64,000 nt of DNA, from NCBI GenBank assembly GCA_963770835.1, contig CAVYRH010000003.1, forward strand, positions 32,001 through 96,000, written 5' to 3'. The notes under the pieces were generated by a model. That model saw only the letters and a program-made list of their open reading frames with translations, was not told where the DNA came from and searched no databases. Below are positions 49,922 through 61,000 of this stretch, piece after piece. Made by a program: the position numbers and the translations under genes. Every line of letters begins with the position of its first letter. Position 1 is the first letter of the stretch. The DNA comes from an uncultured Pseudomonadota bacterium (lineage in GTDB: Bacteria > Oederibacteriota > Muellerivitia > Muellerivitales > Muellerivitaceae).

Positions 49922-51290
49922 GTAACATGATGGCCATTCCACCGCCGGGATTAAACTATTCCCGGTGAGTAGCCACTCATAAGGAGGAATGACCATGAAA
50001 CAGATTAGCAAAAAAGGATTCCAAGGCAAGGAGGTATCCAAGCGGGACGCCGTGTTTGTGGGGCTCGATGTCCACAAACGAAGTATTTACGTAGCAATCA
50101 GGATCAATGGAAAGGAAACCGGAACCAAGTCTGTGCCCGCGGATTGGGAAGCTGTGGTGAAGGTTCTGGAGCCTTACCGAAAAGGGTTAAAAAAGGTCGT
50201 CTACGAGGCAGGACCTACTGGCTTTGGCTTGGCACGTCGCCTTCGGGAAGTGGGATACCCATTGGACGTCATCGCCCCGAACAAAACACCTCGTGTAGCT
50301 CAGTTGGAAACAAAATCCGACCGGTTGGACTGCCGCAAGCTGGCGGAGTACGCCGAAAAGGATCTCTTGCGGGCTGTGGCGATCCCAACCCTCCAGGAAG
50401 AAGCGGATCGGCAAGTGGTGCGTTTGAGAAACGCGATGGTGGAACAAAAACGCAAGGCCAAACAAAGGATCAAAAGCTTTTTCCTCCAATATGGATTCAA
50501 GGAACCTAGAGGGCTGGATTACTGGACCCACGAGGCCATCGGAGTTTTGCGGGATATGGAACTGCCGCCGGCCCTGAGATTCACGTTGGATAGCCTATTG
50601 GAAGATCTCTTTTACTTTGATAGGCAGCTTAAAGACGTGAACATACGTTTGCGGGTCATGATGAAGGACAAGGCCTACGAGAAAAAGGCTAAGATCCTCA
50701 GGTCCCACCCGGGAGTGGGTGAAGTAACGACCCTGCAAATGTTAACGGAGATTTACCAGCCGGAGCGCTTTCAAAACGCCAAACAGGTGGCGGCTTACGT
50801 GGGGTTGGCCCCAAGGATCAGGCAAAGCGGAGAAACTCGAAAGGAAGGCCATTTGCAGAAGGCCGGAAAAGGAACCTTGAGGGCTACCTTAGTTGAAGCT
50901 GCCTGGTCATGGATTCAAAAGGATACCCAGGCCAACCGCGTTTTCCGCCGGTTCGTCCGTAATACGGGGCATGTCAACAAAGCGATTGTGGCAATGGCTC
51001 ACAAGCTTTTGATTCACCTTTGGACTATGTTGGTTCGAAAGGAAGTTTATCGGCCCATGCTCTAAAGAGGTTTCAGCCTCAGTTTCGTGATTCGACCCCT
51101 TAGGAATGACCACGAGTTTTAGCTGTGCCTTAGGCACGTTGGACAGGTGGTGGCTTCCCTCAGGATTATCGAATTCTTATCTTGTGCCTCGAGCACGAAT
51201 AGCAGCGTGAATCCACGAAACCAAAAGGCTGACCGTAGGAGAAAATTGGACTTGAGGAATGGCCTCATAGCAGGAATGGCCTCATAGCAG
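49922..51290 (+). mobile_element. IS110 family (IS1111-like) element at hairpin site, copy 2
   Basis: Apparently identical to 13329-14697 (offset 36593) with different flanking cassettes. Confidence 0.9.
49989..51065 (+). CDS. IS110 family transposase/recombinase
   Basis: Translation identical to 13396-14472. Confidence 0.95.
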   Translation: MTMKQISKKGFQGKEVSKRDAVFVGLDVHKRSIYVAIRINGKETGTKSVPADWEAVVKVLEPYRKGLKKVVYEAGPTGFGLARRLREVGYPLDVIAPNKTPRVAQLETKSDRLDCRKLAEYAEKDLLRAVAIPTLQEEADRQVVRLRNAMVEQKRKAKQRIKSFFLQYGFKEPRGLDYWTHEAIGVLRDMELPPALRFTLDSLLEDLFYFDRQLKDVNIRLRVMMKDKAYEKKAKILRSHPGVGEVTTLQMLTEIYQPERFQNAKQVAAYVGLAPRIRQSGETRKEGHLQKAGKGTLRATLVEAAWSWIQKDTQANRVFRRFVRNTGHVNKAIVAMAHKLLIHLWTMLVRKEVYRPML

Positions 51291-51312
51291 CTATATTTGA
51301 TTGGAAGACTCA

Positions 51313-51885
51313 ATGGACAAATTGATTGTAAGAAACATTAACTCTATTGCGGAATTGAAGCGTGCTTGGTCATTGAGCAAAAGATACGCTGGCAATCAAC
51401 AGAGTTTTAGCGAATACAAAGCTGAATTCAAAAAATATCCTGAATTGTTCATTGGATGTTTTAACGGCGGGAAATTAATAGGCGAGGCAAGCGGGAGTCC
51501 CTTTGGGAAATCCCATGTCGGCCTTTACAGCATTTTGGTGGAAGAGGGATACCAAAAAGAAGGGCTTGGCCTAAAGCTCATTCGATTTTTCGAGAAAAAA
51601 GCCGTTAAATATAAATCGCGAGTAACGGTTGCTTCAGGCAAAAAAACGGATGGATTCTATTTGAAGGCGAAATATAGGCCCTTTGAAATTCTCTTTCAGG
51701 TTAGGAATCAAAACCTGCCTGATAACTATTCCGAGTTGGCGGTTATAAGCCACGAACGCAATGTTGGAAAAGACAAATTCTTGTACATTAAAGTAAAAAA
51801 ATATATCCCTCTACTCAGGGATTCTCTTGAAAAGAAATTCCACGCACATGGCGCAAATTTTATTTTTGAACGTGTTTTGAAATGA
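51313..51885 (+). CDS. GNAT N-acetyltransferase (cassette)
   Basis: ILV..GYQKEGLG..LI, GFY.K..Y. Confidence 0.75.
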   Translation: MDKLIVRNINSIAELKRAWSLSKRYAGNQQSFSEYKAEFKKYPELFIGCFNGGKLIGEASGSPFGKSHVGLYSILVEEGYQKEGLGLKLIRFFEKKAVKYKSRVTVASGKKTDGFYLKAKYRPFEILFQVRNQNLPDNYSELAVISHERNVGKDKFLYIKVKKYIPLLRDSLEKKFHAHGANFIFERVLK

Positions 51886-51981
51886 CTGATTTTGGTTGAA
51901 GTCTGTCCACGACGGGGACCCATCGTGGACACGAAAGAAGCTCTGGTTTTTTTATCAAATGAATTTGGAAATGGTGTTGAA

Positions 51982-52581
51982 ATGAAAGTTGAAACCGAAA
52001 ATCTTGATGAATATCTTGTGTCGGACGAGGTCATCGACTGGCATCACCCGGACATCCAACGGATGGCTAAGGGACTGGTCGGGAATTGTCCCGATCAACT
52101 ATCCAAAATACGAGTGCTCTTTGAATGGGTGAGGGATGAGATCCCCCATACCAAAGACATTGATGAAAGGGTTGTGACATGCAAAGCGAGTGATGTCCTT
52201 CGGCACAGGACCGGGATGTGTTACGCCAAAAGTCATTTACTTGCCGCTCTATTAAGGGCGAATGGTATTCCCGCAGGATTTTGTTACCAGGTACTCGTTC
52301 GTGACGAGCCTTATACCGGGTTGGTATTGCATGGTTTGAATGGGGTCTATCTTGAGGACGTAAAAAGATGGGTCAGGGTGGATTCCAGGGGGAATGTTGG
52401 GAACATCAACGCCCAGTTCGATCCAAACAAAGAACGACTGGCATTTCAAATGGACCCGGCTTTGGGCGAGTTCATCTATGACACCATTTTTAAGGCACCG
52501 GTTCCTGAGGTGACGGAGACATTAAGAAAGTTCACTGACTTGCAGGAGATGTGGCCGCATTTACCAAAAAAACTGGGATAA
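51982..52581 (+). CDS. Transglutaminase-like protein (cassette)
   Basis: FEWVRDEIPH, G.CYAKSHLL.ALLR..GIPAG, LHGLN, W.RVD.RG (Cys-His-Asp). Confidence 0.88.
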   Translation: MKVETENLDEYLVSDEVIDWHHPDIQRMAKGLVGNCPDQLSKIRVLFEWVRDEIPHTKDIDERVVTCKASDVLRHRTGMCYAKSHLLAALLRANGIPAGFCYQVLVRDEPYTGLVLHGLNGVYLEDVKRWVRVDSRGNVGNINAQFDPNKERLAFQMDPALGEFIYDTIFKAPVPEVTETLRKFTDLQEMWPHLPKKLG

Positions 52582-52612
52582 CCTGTCCACGACGGGGCCC
52601 ATCGTGGACATC

Positions 52613-53410
52613 GTGCCAGAGGAGGGTTTGCAGAGCCAGCAGGTGAGGGAGTAGGCCGATGAGGGTCAACCCAAGTCCTGACCAGGTAATCACCAGAGAG
52701 CCTGGAAGTCAGCCCCCGGCGTAGGATCGAGAGGTCCTGCCCGAAACGGGGTCATAAACCTCATTTAGTGAGGGAACAATCCAGCAGTCCGCAACATCAA
52801 GTGAATCCTGCCGCTTCGTGAATGGGACACCGAAAGGTGCAAGGGGATGCCGAGCCGCGTGTCTACTGGCGAAGGCCACGATCCCGCTGAAGAATCTGGT
52901 AGCAAGCGGGGCAAGTCCTCCGGAGTATGGGGAACGGAATGTTGGAAAGGCTATGCAAGCAAGCTGGGAGATCCTACCCGCCAAAAGACTTGCCGCTATA
53001 AGGCTAAAACCGAAAAGAGGCAAGGGTGGGAGGAAGTCGGAGGGGGTCACAGTACCGATGAAGGGGTGGACAACAAAACCACCCTGAGGGAAGGACCCCT
53101 GCTTCAACCATGTGTCTCAAAGAAGGTAGGCGCTGGAGCATGCCCCAAAAGGGCCAACAACTCTGTAGTACCAAAGCGCGAGGCCTTTGACAACAGGCAC
53201 TATGCCGAGCGGCCAAGGGGGAAGTCGAACCTGTAAAGCCGCCGGAGGAGAGGTTGTCGGAAAGCCGTATGATCGAAAAGGTCACGTACGGTTTGACGAG
53301 GGGGCGCTGGAAACGAAGTGATGAGGGAACCTCGTTGGGGCACGGAACCGGAAACGGGGAAACAGATCAAGGAACCCTCTGCACACCATCGCGCCAGTGC
53401 TCTACTCTGC
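52613..53410 (+). mobile_element. ORF-less group II intron, copy 2
   Basis: Apparently identical to 6314-7111 (offset 46299), different flanks, again after GTGGACATC. Confidence 0.88.
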
Positions 53411-53444
53411 AAGAAGAACGTAAATTATCTGGAGGGTTGAAAAT

Positions 53445-54005
53445 ATGGAACATGTTCAAACAAAAACAGAATTGCCTATAACTTATCGGCCATCGATTAT
53501 TTATTCGGTCCCTTTTATTTATTTTTTTATCCGATATGGGTTGCCTAGCTATTTAGGGCTTTTTTCACTTAAAGAACATTTCGTTTTAGCATTTTTTTTA
53601 TTTGTGCTTTTTGGTTTACCCACTACTTTTTTAATGTTTGTGATTTTTAATATAAAAATTAAAGCCGTAGAAGATGGCTTGATATATTCAAAAAAAATAA
53701 AAGTGCCATGGACGGAAATTACAAAAATTACAGCCAAATCCGGTTTATTGCCGAACATAAAGATTTATTACCAAACCATGAAACCTTATGTGCCAAAGGG
53801 GATGACAGGCATTTATTCGACAAAATCGATGGTTAATTTCCTGGAGCTTTTAACTATTAAATCTCCTCAAGCGGAATTTGGAGATGGAATCATAGAGTTC
53901 GAAGAAAAATATAAAACATATATTTCTGAATCTTTACGACAAGCCATCAATAACAAAATGACGAAAAAAGATTCAACTCAATTAGTTCAAGTCGAAAAGG
54001 TTTAG
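53445..54005 (+). CDS. Hypothetical membrane protein (cassette)
   Basis: Two TM segments, low GC. Confidence 0.65.
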   Translation: MEHVQTKTELPITYRPSIIYSVPFIYFFIRYGLPSYLGLFSLKEHFVLAFFLFVLFGLPTTFLMFVIFNIKIKAVEDGLIYSKKIKVPWTEITKITAKSGLLPNIKIYYQTMKPYVPKGMTGIYSTKSMVNFLELLTIKSPQAEFGDGIIEFEEKYKTYISESLRQAINNKMTKKDSTQLVQVEKV

Positions 54006-54056
54006 AGATGCGTTGTTCACGACGGGGACCCGGAGTGAACAACCAAAAGGACCGTT

Positions 54057-55241
54057 TTGCGAGTTAAATATAAGGGGTGTCTTTTGAAGAATATTTATAA
54101 ATCTTTAATGATTTCAATTTTTATTCCATTGTTCTCATCGGTTTTGGCTCAACCAGTTTCGACACCCCTCTCTACTACAGAATCAGCTCCGATCATTCAA
54201 CCGACACTTGGTGATTTAAAGAGGGACAAACCGGACTTTCCATCGTTTTATGCCAAAAAGGATATAACGAATAAAAACGATCATAATATTTATTTGATTA
54301 CCAAAAAAGAGACACTAACGCAGCAAATCCCAAGGGGGGAAATCAGCATTGATCCAAATGGATGGTTGTTTGAGGAAAGGTGTGGAGAGGGTATAAACAA
54401 AGATTGTTCATCATTCGATGGAAAATGGACTTATTCTGCGGAAAGTGGCCTCTCCGGTTCATTCGCTGTGCGAAATACTTCATCAAAAACAGAGACGGAT
54501 ATCGACAATCCCTCGGACCCCTTTGGTTTGTTTCCTTTAGTGTGGAACCCTTCTAAGGATGTTCTCTATTTTCTTAGTGTTTTAGGTGACTCCACCCAAC
54601 ATACTTTAGTTCTTTTTCAGTTTGACCCTGAAAGTAAAATTTTCATCAAATTCCCTGAGGCGATGGATTTTCTAAAAGTTTTCAATTTAAGCCCTGATGG
54701 GAAATGGATCGTTTGGACCGAAAAAAGTATTCATGTTTATAACGTAGAAAAAAACATCGATTATCCATTGACGGAAGTACCCGATTATTTCCAATTTTAT
54801 AATTGGTGTTATGCCGATAACGAGGATACGAAAACAAGGATCGCTAAATTCATCAACGATGGAAAGCAGTTTTACTTAAAACACCAGTTCGCTGATGCTA
54901 TTCAGGAATATCAAAAAGCGATCGATCTAGATTCTTCGAATTCGCTTGCATATGGGTATATGGGTTATTCTGCTTTTCGCATGGGAGACTTTAAAGATTC
55001 CATTCGAGATCTGGAAAAATCTATTGAATTAGACAAATGGAATAAAATGTCTTATTACAATTTGGCTTTGGTCTATTGGGACAATCATCAAAAGGAACGT
55101 TCGATCGCCTGTTTAGGCTCTATTCCTTACAAAAATGCAAAGCCAAGTTCGGAGTATTTGGATAAAAAACCAATCCAGGATGATCCTCAATTCAAAGAAA
55201 TGTTAGATAGCCCTGAATTTATAAAAGCTTTTGGTCGTTAG
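54057..55241 (+). CDS. Secreted TPR-containing protein (cassette)
   Basis: AI.EYQKAI.LD....AY..MG, YYNLA TPR units. Confidence 0.8.
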   Translation: MRVKYKGCLLKNIYKSLMISIFIPLFSSVLAQPVSTPLSTTESAPIIQPTLGDLKRDKPDFPSFYAKKDITNKNDHNIYLITKKETLTQQIPRGEISIDPNGWLFEERCGEGINKDCSSFDGKWTYSAESGLSGSFAVRNTSSKTETDIDNPSDPFGLFPLVWNPSKDVLYFLSVLGDSTQHTLVLFQFDPESKIFIKFPEAMDFLKVFNLSPDGKWIVWTEKSIHVYNVEKNIDYPLTEVPDYFQFYNWCYADNEDTKTRIAKFINDGKQFYLKHQFADAIQEYQKAIDLDSSNSLAYGYMGYSAFRMGDFKDSIRDLEKSIELDKWNKMSYYNLALVYWDNHQKERSIACLGSIPYKNAKPSSEYLDKKPIQDDPQFKEMLDSPEFIKAFGR

Positions 55242-55487
55242 AGTTTTGATTGATTCTTTGTCCGCGACGGGGACCCTTCGTGGACAGGTCAAAAGAGGGT
55301 AAAGTGACAGAACTCAAACCAAGTTGGCCGGAATATTCCGGTGGAAAGAAACTCGAACAAGACACCCTTCTGTCCTCCCCCACAGGCACCACTTTTATCG
55401 CCCCTCAAGGATGGCATGCCGCTTTCCAAAAGGATTCTTGGGTCCTGGAAGACCCGGAGCGGGAATTGATCATCGCCTTGGTGGAGA

Positions 55488-56753
55488 TGACCGGCCCCCC
55501 AAGTTTGTGCCACCAATTAAGTCACTCCCGGAGTAGGAGTTCCTGAGGTCGTCATGGGCAAGGTGTTGCCTTTGGGCCCCATGACGACCGCCTCCGGGGC
55601 AGGCGGTTTATACCCCAGAGAGCTGTGCGGCCGTTTCGTATTGTACTCCTTCCTCCACCTCTCAGCGAGCACTCGGCCTTCCCACACCGTGTCGAGCAGT
55701 TCGCCGTTCAATAGTTCGTCCCTGAATTTGCCGTTGAAGCTTTCGTTATAGCCGTTCTCCCAAGGGCTTCCCGGTTCGATGAAAAGGGTCTTTACTCCCA
55801 CCTTCGGGAGCCAGTCCTTCACCCTCTCCGCTGTGAATTCAGGCCCATTGTCGGAGCGGATGTGCTCCGGCACTCCCCGTTGGACGAACAAGTCCGTCAG
55901 CACTGCCTGCACGTCGTCCGCCGTAAACTTCCGAGCTACCGGCAGGGCCAGGCATTCACGGGTGAACTCATCGATCAGCGTCAGGAACCGAAGAGGCCGT
56001 CCGTCGCTGGTCCTCTCGGCGACGAAGTCATAGCTCCAAACGTGGTTGGGGTGTTCCGCCCTCAACCTGACACAGGAACCATCCGTAAACCACAACCTCC
56101 TTCGTTTCGGCTGTTTTTTCGGTACTTTCAACCCTTCCTGCTTCCAAATCCTTTCCACCCGCTTCTTGTTGACCCTCCAGCCCTCCTCCTGAAGCATCTT
56201 GGTAATCCGCTTATACCCATACCGCCCGTACTGGCAGGCCAGCCGGAGAATGGCGGTCGTCAGGAGGTCCTCATCGGGCAGGATCTGAGGGATATATCGC
56301 TGGGTGCTCCGGGGTTGGCCGAGGGCCCGGCATACGCGCCGCTGGGAGGCTCGGTGGGTTTCACACGCTTCCCGAACCGCTTTTCGGCGCTTTTCCGGGC
56401 TTAGGAGTTTCCCCGGGCCAAGTCTTTCAGGATGCGGTTATCCAGGGAGAGGTCGGCCACCACCCGCTTGAGCTGGGTATTCTCTTTCTCCAATTCCTTT
56501 AGGCGTTTGGCCTGGTCCAGCTTGAGACCGCCGTATTCTTTTCGCCAGCGGTAGTAGGTATGTGGGGTTATTTGAAGCTCACGGCAGACTTCTTCAACAG
56601 CACGGCCTTTGGACTGCTCAACCTCGGCCTGGCGCAACATGGAAATGATCTGCTCGGCGTTGTGTTTCTTCCTTGGCATAAATGCCCCCTTTTCTTGGCC
56701 CATTATAGAAAAGTATGACTTTTCAACTGGACCAGGTTGAGGGGGGCGGGTCA
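55488..56753 (-). mobile_element. IS3-family element, complete (orfA 56401-56679, orfB ends 55517)
   Basis: IRs TGACCGGCCCCCC / GGGGGGCGGGTCA; DDE motifs WSYDF, RSDNGPEF, PWENGYNESFNG, YN..RPHSSLGY. Confidence 0.93.
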
Positions 56754-57144
56754 GAGGAACCAAGCCTTTTACAACCACGCAACCGACAGCATTACCCTTC
56801 CTTTTAAAGAGGCTTTTAAATCCACCGAAGGATTTTACGAAACGGTTTGCCATGAGCTCATTCACTGGACGGGAGGCCCGGCCCGGCTCAACCGCATTTC
56901 CAAAGCGGCCTTTGGTTCCGAAGAATACGCCGCCGAGGAGCTTGTGGCCGAGTTTGGGGCTTCGATCCTTTGCGCTCATGTCGGAATCCCTTACAAAACC
57001 AACCACGCCGCTTATATCGCCTCATGGATTAAGAAGTTAAAAGACGATCCGAAGGCCCTTTCCACCGCCATCACCCAAGCCCAAAAGGCCGTTGATTTTC
57101 TTTTGAAACCCGCCGCAGACGAAATAATTAAGGAGGTAGCTTAA
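56754..57144 (+). pseudogene. ardC: ArdC-like antirestriction protein, zincin-like C-terminal fragment
   Basis: AFY....D.I.LP....F, HELIHWTG...RLNR, YAAEELVAE.GA, HAAYIASW...LK.D. Confidence 0.82.
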
Positions 57145-57146
57145 CC

Positions 57147-57584
57147 ATGAACAAAAGACACTTAAAAAAACTATTAAAGGTGGCCGACGGGGTTTACCCC
57201 GACGGCCTTATTGAAAGACTACTCAAAGGAGAGGAGGAGGTAGGGGACGGCCTGGCCAAATTCATTTTTAACGAAATGACCGAAACCGCCGAAGGGAAGA
57301 CACCCTGGGAAATTACCGAAAGCGTAATCAAAGCCTTGGAAACGGGCGCTAAGGAACTGGACTGCGTAATCCGGGCTTTGCGCCAGGTCAATACCAAAGG
57401 CCCCAAGAGGGTTGGGCCCAGGAAAAGGCTTAAGGAATTTACCGTTACTTGGGTTCGCAAGGGAATGAAAACCTACAAAGCCACCAGTGAGGAGGCCGCC
57501 GAACAGCAATTTTCCGACGATCCAAACGCGCCAGATGAAGAACAGACAACCGATGTTTACACGCAGGAAGGGGGGATTTTATGA
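57147..57584 (+). CDS. Hypothetical protein (mobile-element type)
   Basis: AAGGAGG RBS; coupled to neighbours. Confidence 0.65.
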   Translation: MNKRHLKKLLKVADGVYPDGLIERLLKGEEEVGDGLAKFIFNEMTETAEGKTPWEITESVIKALETGAKELDCVIRALRQVNTKGPKRVGPRKRLKEFTVTWVRKGMKTYKATSEEAAEQQFSDDPNAPDEEQTTDVYTQEGGIL

Positions 57585-57817
57585 AAAAGCCGAAAATTGT
57601 TATTCACTTAGACGGGGGTTTAGTCCAAAGCGTTGTATCCGACCAAGGGGGAATTGATTTTAAGGTTATCGACCATGACATCGAGGGGAGCCAGGAAGGC
57701 GAGAGCCAGGTTGTTGACGGCCAGGAGGTAATCATTACTCAACACGATCGGGCAGAGAAAAACACCCGCCACGTTAAGGAGGTTTTTTCGGCCAAAAGTA
57801 ATTTCTTGGATAGATAG
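57581..57817 (+). CDS. Hypothetical protein
   Basis: IVI.L.GGLVQ.V.SD...V.D.D motif. Confidence 0.65.
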   Translation: MKKPKIVIHLDGGLVQSVVSDQGGIDFKVIDHDIEGSQEGESQVVDGQEVIITQHDRAEKNTRHVKEVFSAKSNFLDR

Positions 57818-57837
57818 CCAACCCCTCCAAGAGCAAC

Positions 57838-57864
57838 GCCCCCGGTTAACGCTGGGGGCTTTTT
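57838..57864 (+). terminator. Intrinsic terminator
   Basis: GCCCCCGG-TTAACG-CTGGGGGC followed by TTTTT. Confidence 0.7.
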
Positions 57865-57970
57865 GCTTTCGCAGGGTAGGGAAATGCCCCTCCCCTGGAC
57901 CCCACCCTAGCCCGGGCGGTAGATCCCCCCGGTCGCAAACAGCTTCTTTGCTGTTTGCACAACTTAAGCG

Positions 57971-58007
57971 CCTGCACATGCCTGTCGCAAAAAGGATAGT
58001 GTGCAAC
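57971..58007 (+). repeat. 37-bp direct repeat 10
   Basis: Exact match. Confidence 0.97.
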
Positions 58008-61000
58008 CCCTTTATGAGACCTGGCGCGAGGACAACACGGTGGAGTACGACTTCGACGTTCCCCCGGGCCTCTACCAGGTTAACTGCCACTGGGCCGAAA
58101 CCACCTACGATACCCCGGGTGAAAGGGAGTTCAACGTCCTGGCGGACGGCCAAACCCTGGTTTCCCCCGTGGACCTGCTCACCCTGACGCCCGAGGGTAA
58201 CGCCTACAACACGAGTTTCTACGACATAAATGTCCAACTGCCCCAACCTCAATTCCTGGGTTTGGATGGCAACGAAAACCCAATCTACAGCGCGGTGCCT
58301 CCCTATGGGATTCTTGCCCTGAAGTTCGTGAAGACCAAGGGCTCCTTGGGCGGGGCGATGATTTCGGCCCTTGAGGTCATCGGGGAACAGCCCGTGCCCA
58401 CCATCACCCCGACGGGCACTTACACCCCGCCCCCGACCATCACCTTCACCCCAACGCCCAGCCCCACGTCCACGCCCAGCCCCACCCCGGCGGCCGCCGG
58501 GCCTTCTCCGACCTACACCTTCACGCCCAGCCCAACGGGCACCCTGGTGCCTCTTACGAACACCCCAACAGCCACTCCAACTGTATCTCCCACAGCTTCA
58601 TTCACCCCCGTTACCGGAGCCTATACGGCCCGCTTGGAGATGGTTGGGCCCAACGTTGTTTCCCGGGCAACACCTGGACCACGGACCAGGAGTACAGCTA
58701 CGGCGGGGCAGGATGGCTCATCGAGGGCCAGCCCGTTTATACGACCGACCCCATTTCCGGCATAGGCCAGGCCAGCGTTTCGCTTTTCCAGTATTACCGT
58801 GAGGGCCCGGCTCCCCCGTCCGGCTTTGGCCCAGCGCTGGAATACCGCTTCGACGTTCCGAACGGCCAATACCAGGTCACCCTCAACTTCGCCGAGGCAG
58901 AAAACCTCCAAGCCGGGGCGCGAGTATTCAGTGTTTTGGCCCAAGGGCTGACGGTCATTTCCAACCTGGATATTTACAAAACGGTTGGCTTTGAGACGGC
59001 CTTGAGCCAAACCTTCCTTACCACCGTCAACAATGGAACCCTCGACCTCCAGTGGATCGCTTCGGTGGGCAACGCCACCATTTCTTCCATCCAGGTCTTA
59101 GGCCAGCAAGTACTTCAGACCCCGACATCGACCCGCACGCCCGTTTCCGGGGCCCTCGATATCCCGGTGAACGTGGGGGGAACCTCCTTCACCGATTCAA
59201 CCAACAAAACCTGGTTCGCTGACCAAGCTTATACCTCCGGTGGTTATGGTTACGTGAACCCCCAATCGGCCTTCTTCACCAGCGACACGGTGGATGGGGC
59301 GGCTCTCAAGGACCAGCCGCTTTACCAGGATTGGCGGGAAGGCACCAGCCTGGAATACGAATTCACCGTTCCCAACGGCAGCTACCAAGTGAACCTCTAC
59401 TGGAACCAGATCGCGGACACGCCCGGCGAGTATAACTTCAACGTCCTTACCCAGGGCCAGACGGTCGGCTCCAACCTTGACCTTTCCTTCGAGGGCCCTT
59501 ATTTCAGCGCCGTGACCCAGTCCTTCTACGACGCAGCCGTGACCAACGGCATTTTCGACGTCCAACTGGATTCTCCCACGGATTTCGCGGCCTTAGCCGG
59601 CATTGAGGTCATCGGGGAACAGTCCAACCCCACGGCGACCTTCACGCCCACGGCAACTCCCAGTTTGACCCCAACCGGTACACCCACAATAAGTCCCACT
59701 CCCACTGGCACTTGGTACACCTCCACGCCCACCGGAACCCCGACACCCACCGCTGTTCCACCAGCCTTGTTCGCCTCCGTGGATTACGTCCAGGAACTTC
59801 CCCCCAATTCCACCGCGACGGTCACTGCTGATGGCGCCCGGGTGACCACCCGGATCAACATCATCGGAACCGCCAACGGCAACTTCTCCCCCGCGCCGCA
59901 AGGATCGGCATCCAAAGCGGTTGGTTCCTGCTCTACCAGCCCGTCAGCGGGACGGGTACGGCGGTGACCATCGCCACGGGCACCAACCAGGTCAACGAAG
60001 GTGTCTTGGGAACCCTCGACCCGACCCTTCTCTTGAATGGAACCTATAACTTATTGCTTTTGGCCATGCAGCCGGATGGGACCAACACCAACTGGGTTGT
60101 GGCCAACATCAGCATCGACGGCAACCAGAAGGTGGGGAATTTCACCCTTTCCTTCACCGACCTTAACGTGCCCGTTTCAGGCCTCCCGATGCAAGTGGTA
60201 CGAACCTATGACAGCCGAAACCAGAACCAGGGGGATTTTGGCATCGGATGGACCCTGGATATCCACAACGTCCAGGTGGAGGAATCGGGGGTGATGGGCG
60301 ACGGATGGCAATCGGTCATTCAAGCCGGAACCGGATTAGATGGCGCGTTCAGACAAATCTTCATATCCTCCACCCAATCCCATTTCGTGGACATTGTATT
60401 GGGCAACGGAAAGGTTTACTCCTTCGAGCCGCATTTCCTGGATGTCTCAGACAACGACGTGGCGCCCGGAGGGAAGGGGGAACAGGATATATCGGGCGGT
60501 ACTTACGGGGTGTTATTCAAACCCCTGTTCGGAACCGCGCCCAACTGCACCCTGGTACCCATAGGCGGAAATGGCAAGCCTGTGACGGACGTCTCTGCCA
60601 ACAGCTCGCCCGACGTCGTTCCCGATGTGCTTAATTGGTCGGATGCTTCGGACTCGGTGAACGACATTAACGGAAGTTACGATCCACAAAGGTTCCTCTT
60701 CACCGATGAAGCCGGCAACCAGTACATCGTGAACACCTCCACGGGCCTGGAACAGATGACGGCCCTCAATGGGGATATGTTAAAAGTGGACAACGCCGGC
60801 ATCCACTGGGTCAGCGCTTCCCAAGCCGGCCATAAGGACATCCTCTTTACCCGGGATAACTTCGGCCGCATCCAGCAGATCCAGGACCCCGCGGGGAACC
60901 TGTACCACTACAGCTATACCGACGGCAAGGGCAACCTGACGGCCTTCCAGGATCCGGCGGGCGCGGCCAAGAGGGCAAATGGACACTTATACATACAACA

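Larger units (their letters stand above)
48555..55287 (+). repeat. Hairpin-delimited gene-cassette array B (7 sites), inside spacer 9
   Basis: Sites at 48555-48584, 49486-49515, 49892-49921, 51904-51931, 52583-52612, 54012-54043, 55258-55287. Confidence 0.88.
16634..58007 (+). CRISPR. CRISPR-like array of ten identical 37-bp repeats with kilobase-scale spacers (may continue past window end)
   Basis: CCTGCACATGCCTGTCGCAAAAAGGATAGTGTGCAAC at 16634, 28721, 29839, 32336, 34891, 37151, 38986, 43250, 45789, 57971; spacers 12050, 1081, 2460, 2518, 2223, 1798, 4227, 2502, 12145 and >5990 bp; starts 22 bp after cas2. Confidence 0.85.

Noticed and set aside
16634..58007. Conventional CRISPR-Cas immune locus
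   Set aside because: No 25-50 bp spacers and no recognisable cas3/5/6/7/9/10/12/13 in the window
58400..58615. Tandem DNA repeat
   Set aside because: Low-complexity Thr/Pro linker coding sequence, not a nucleotide-level repeat
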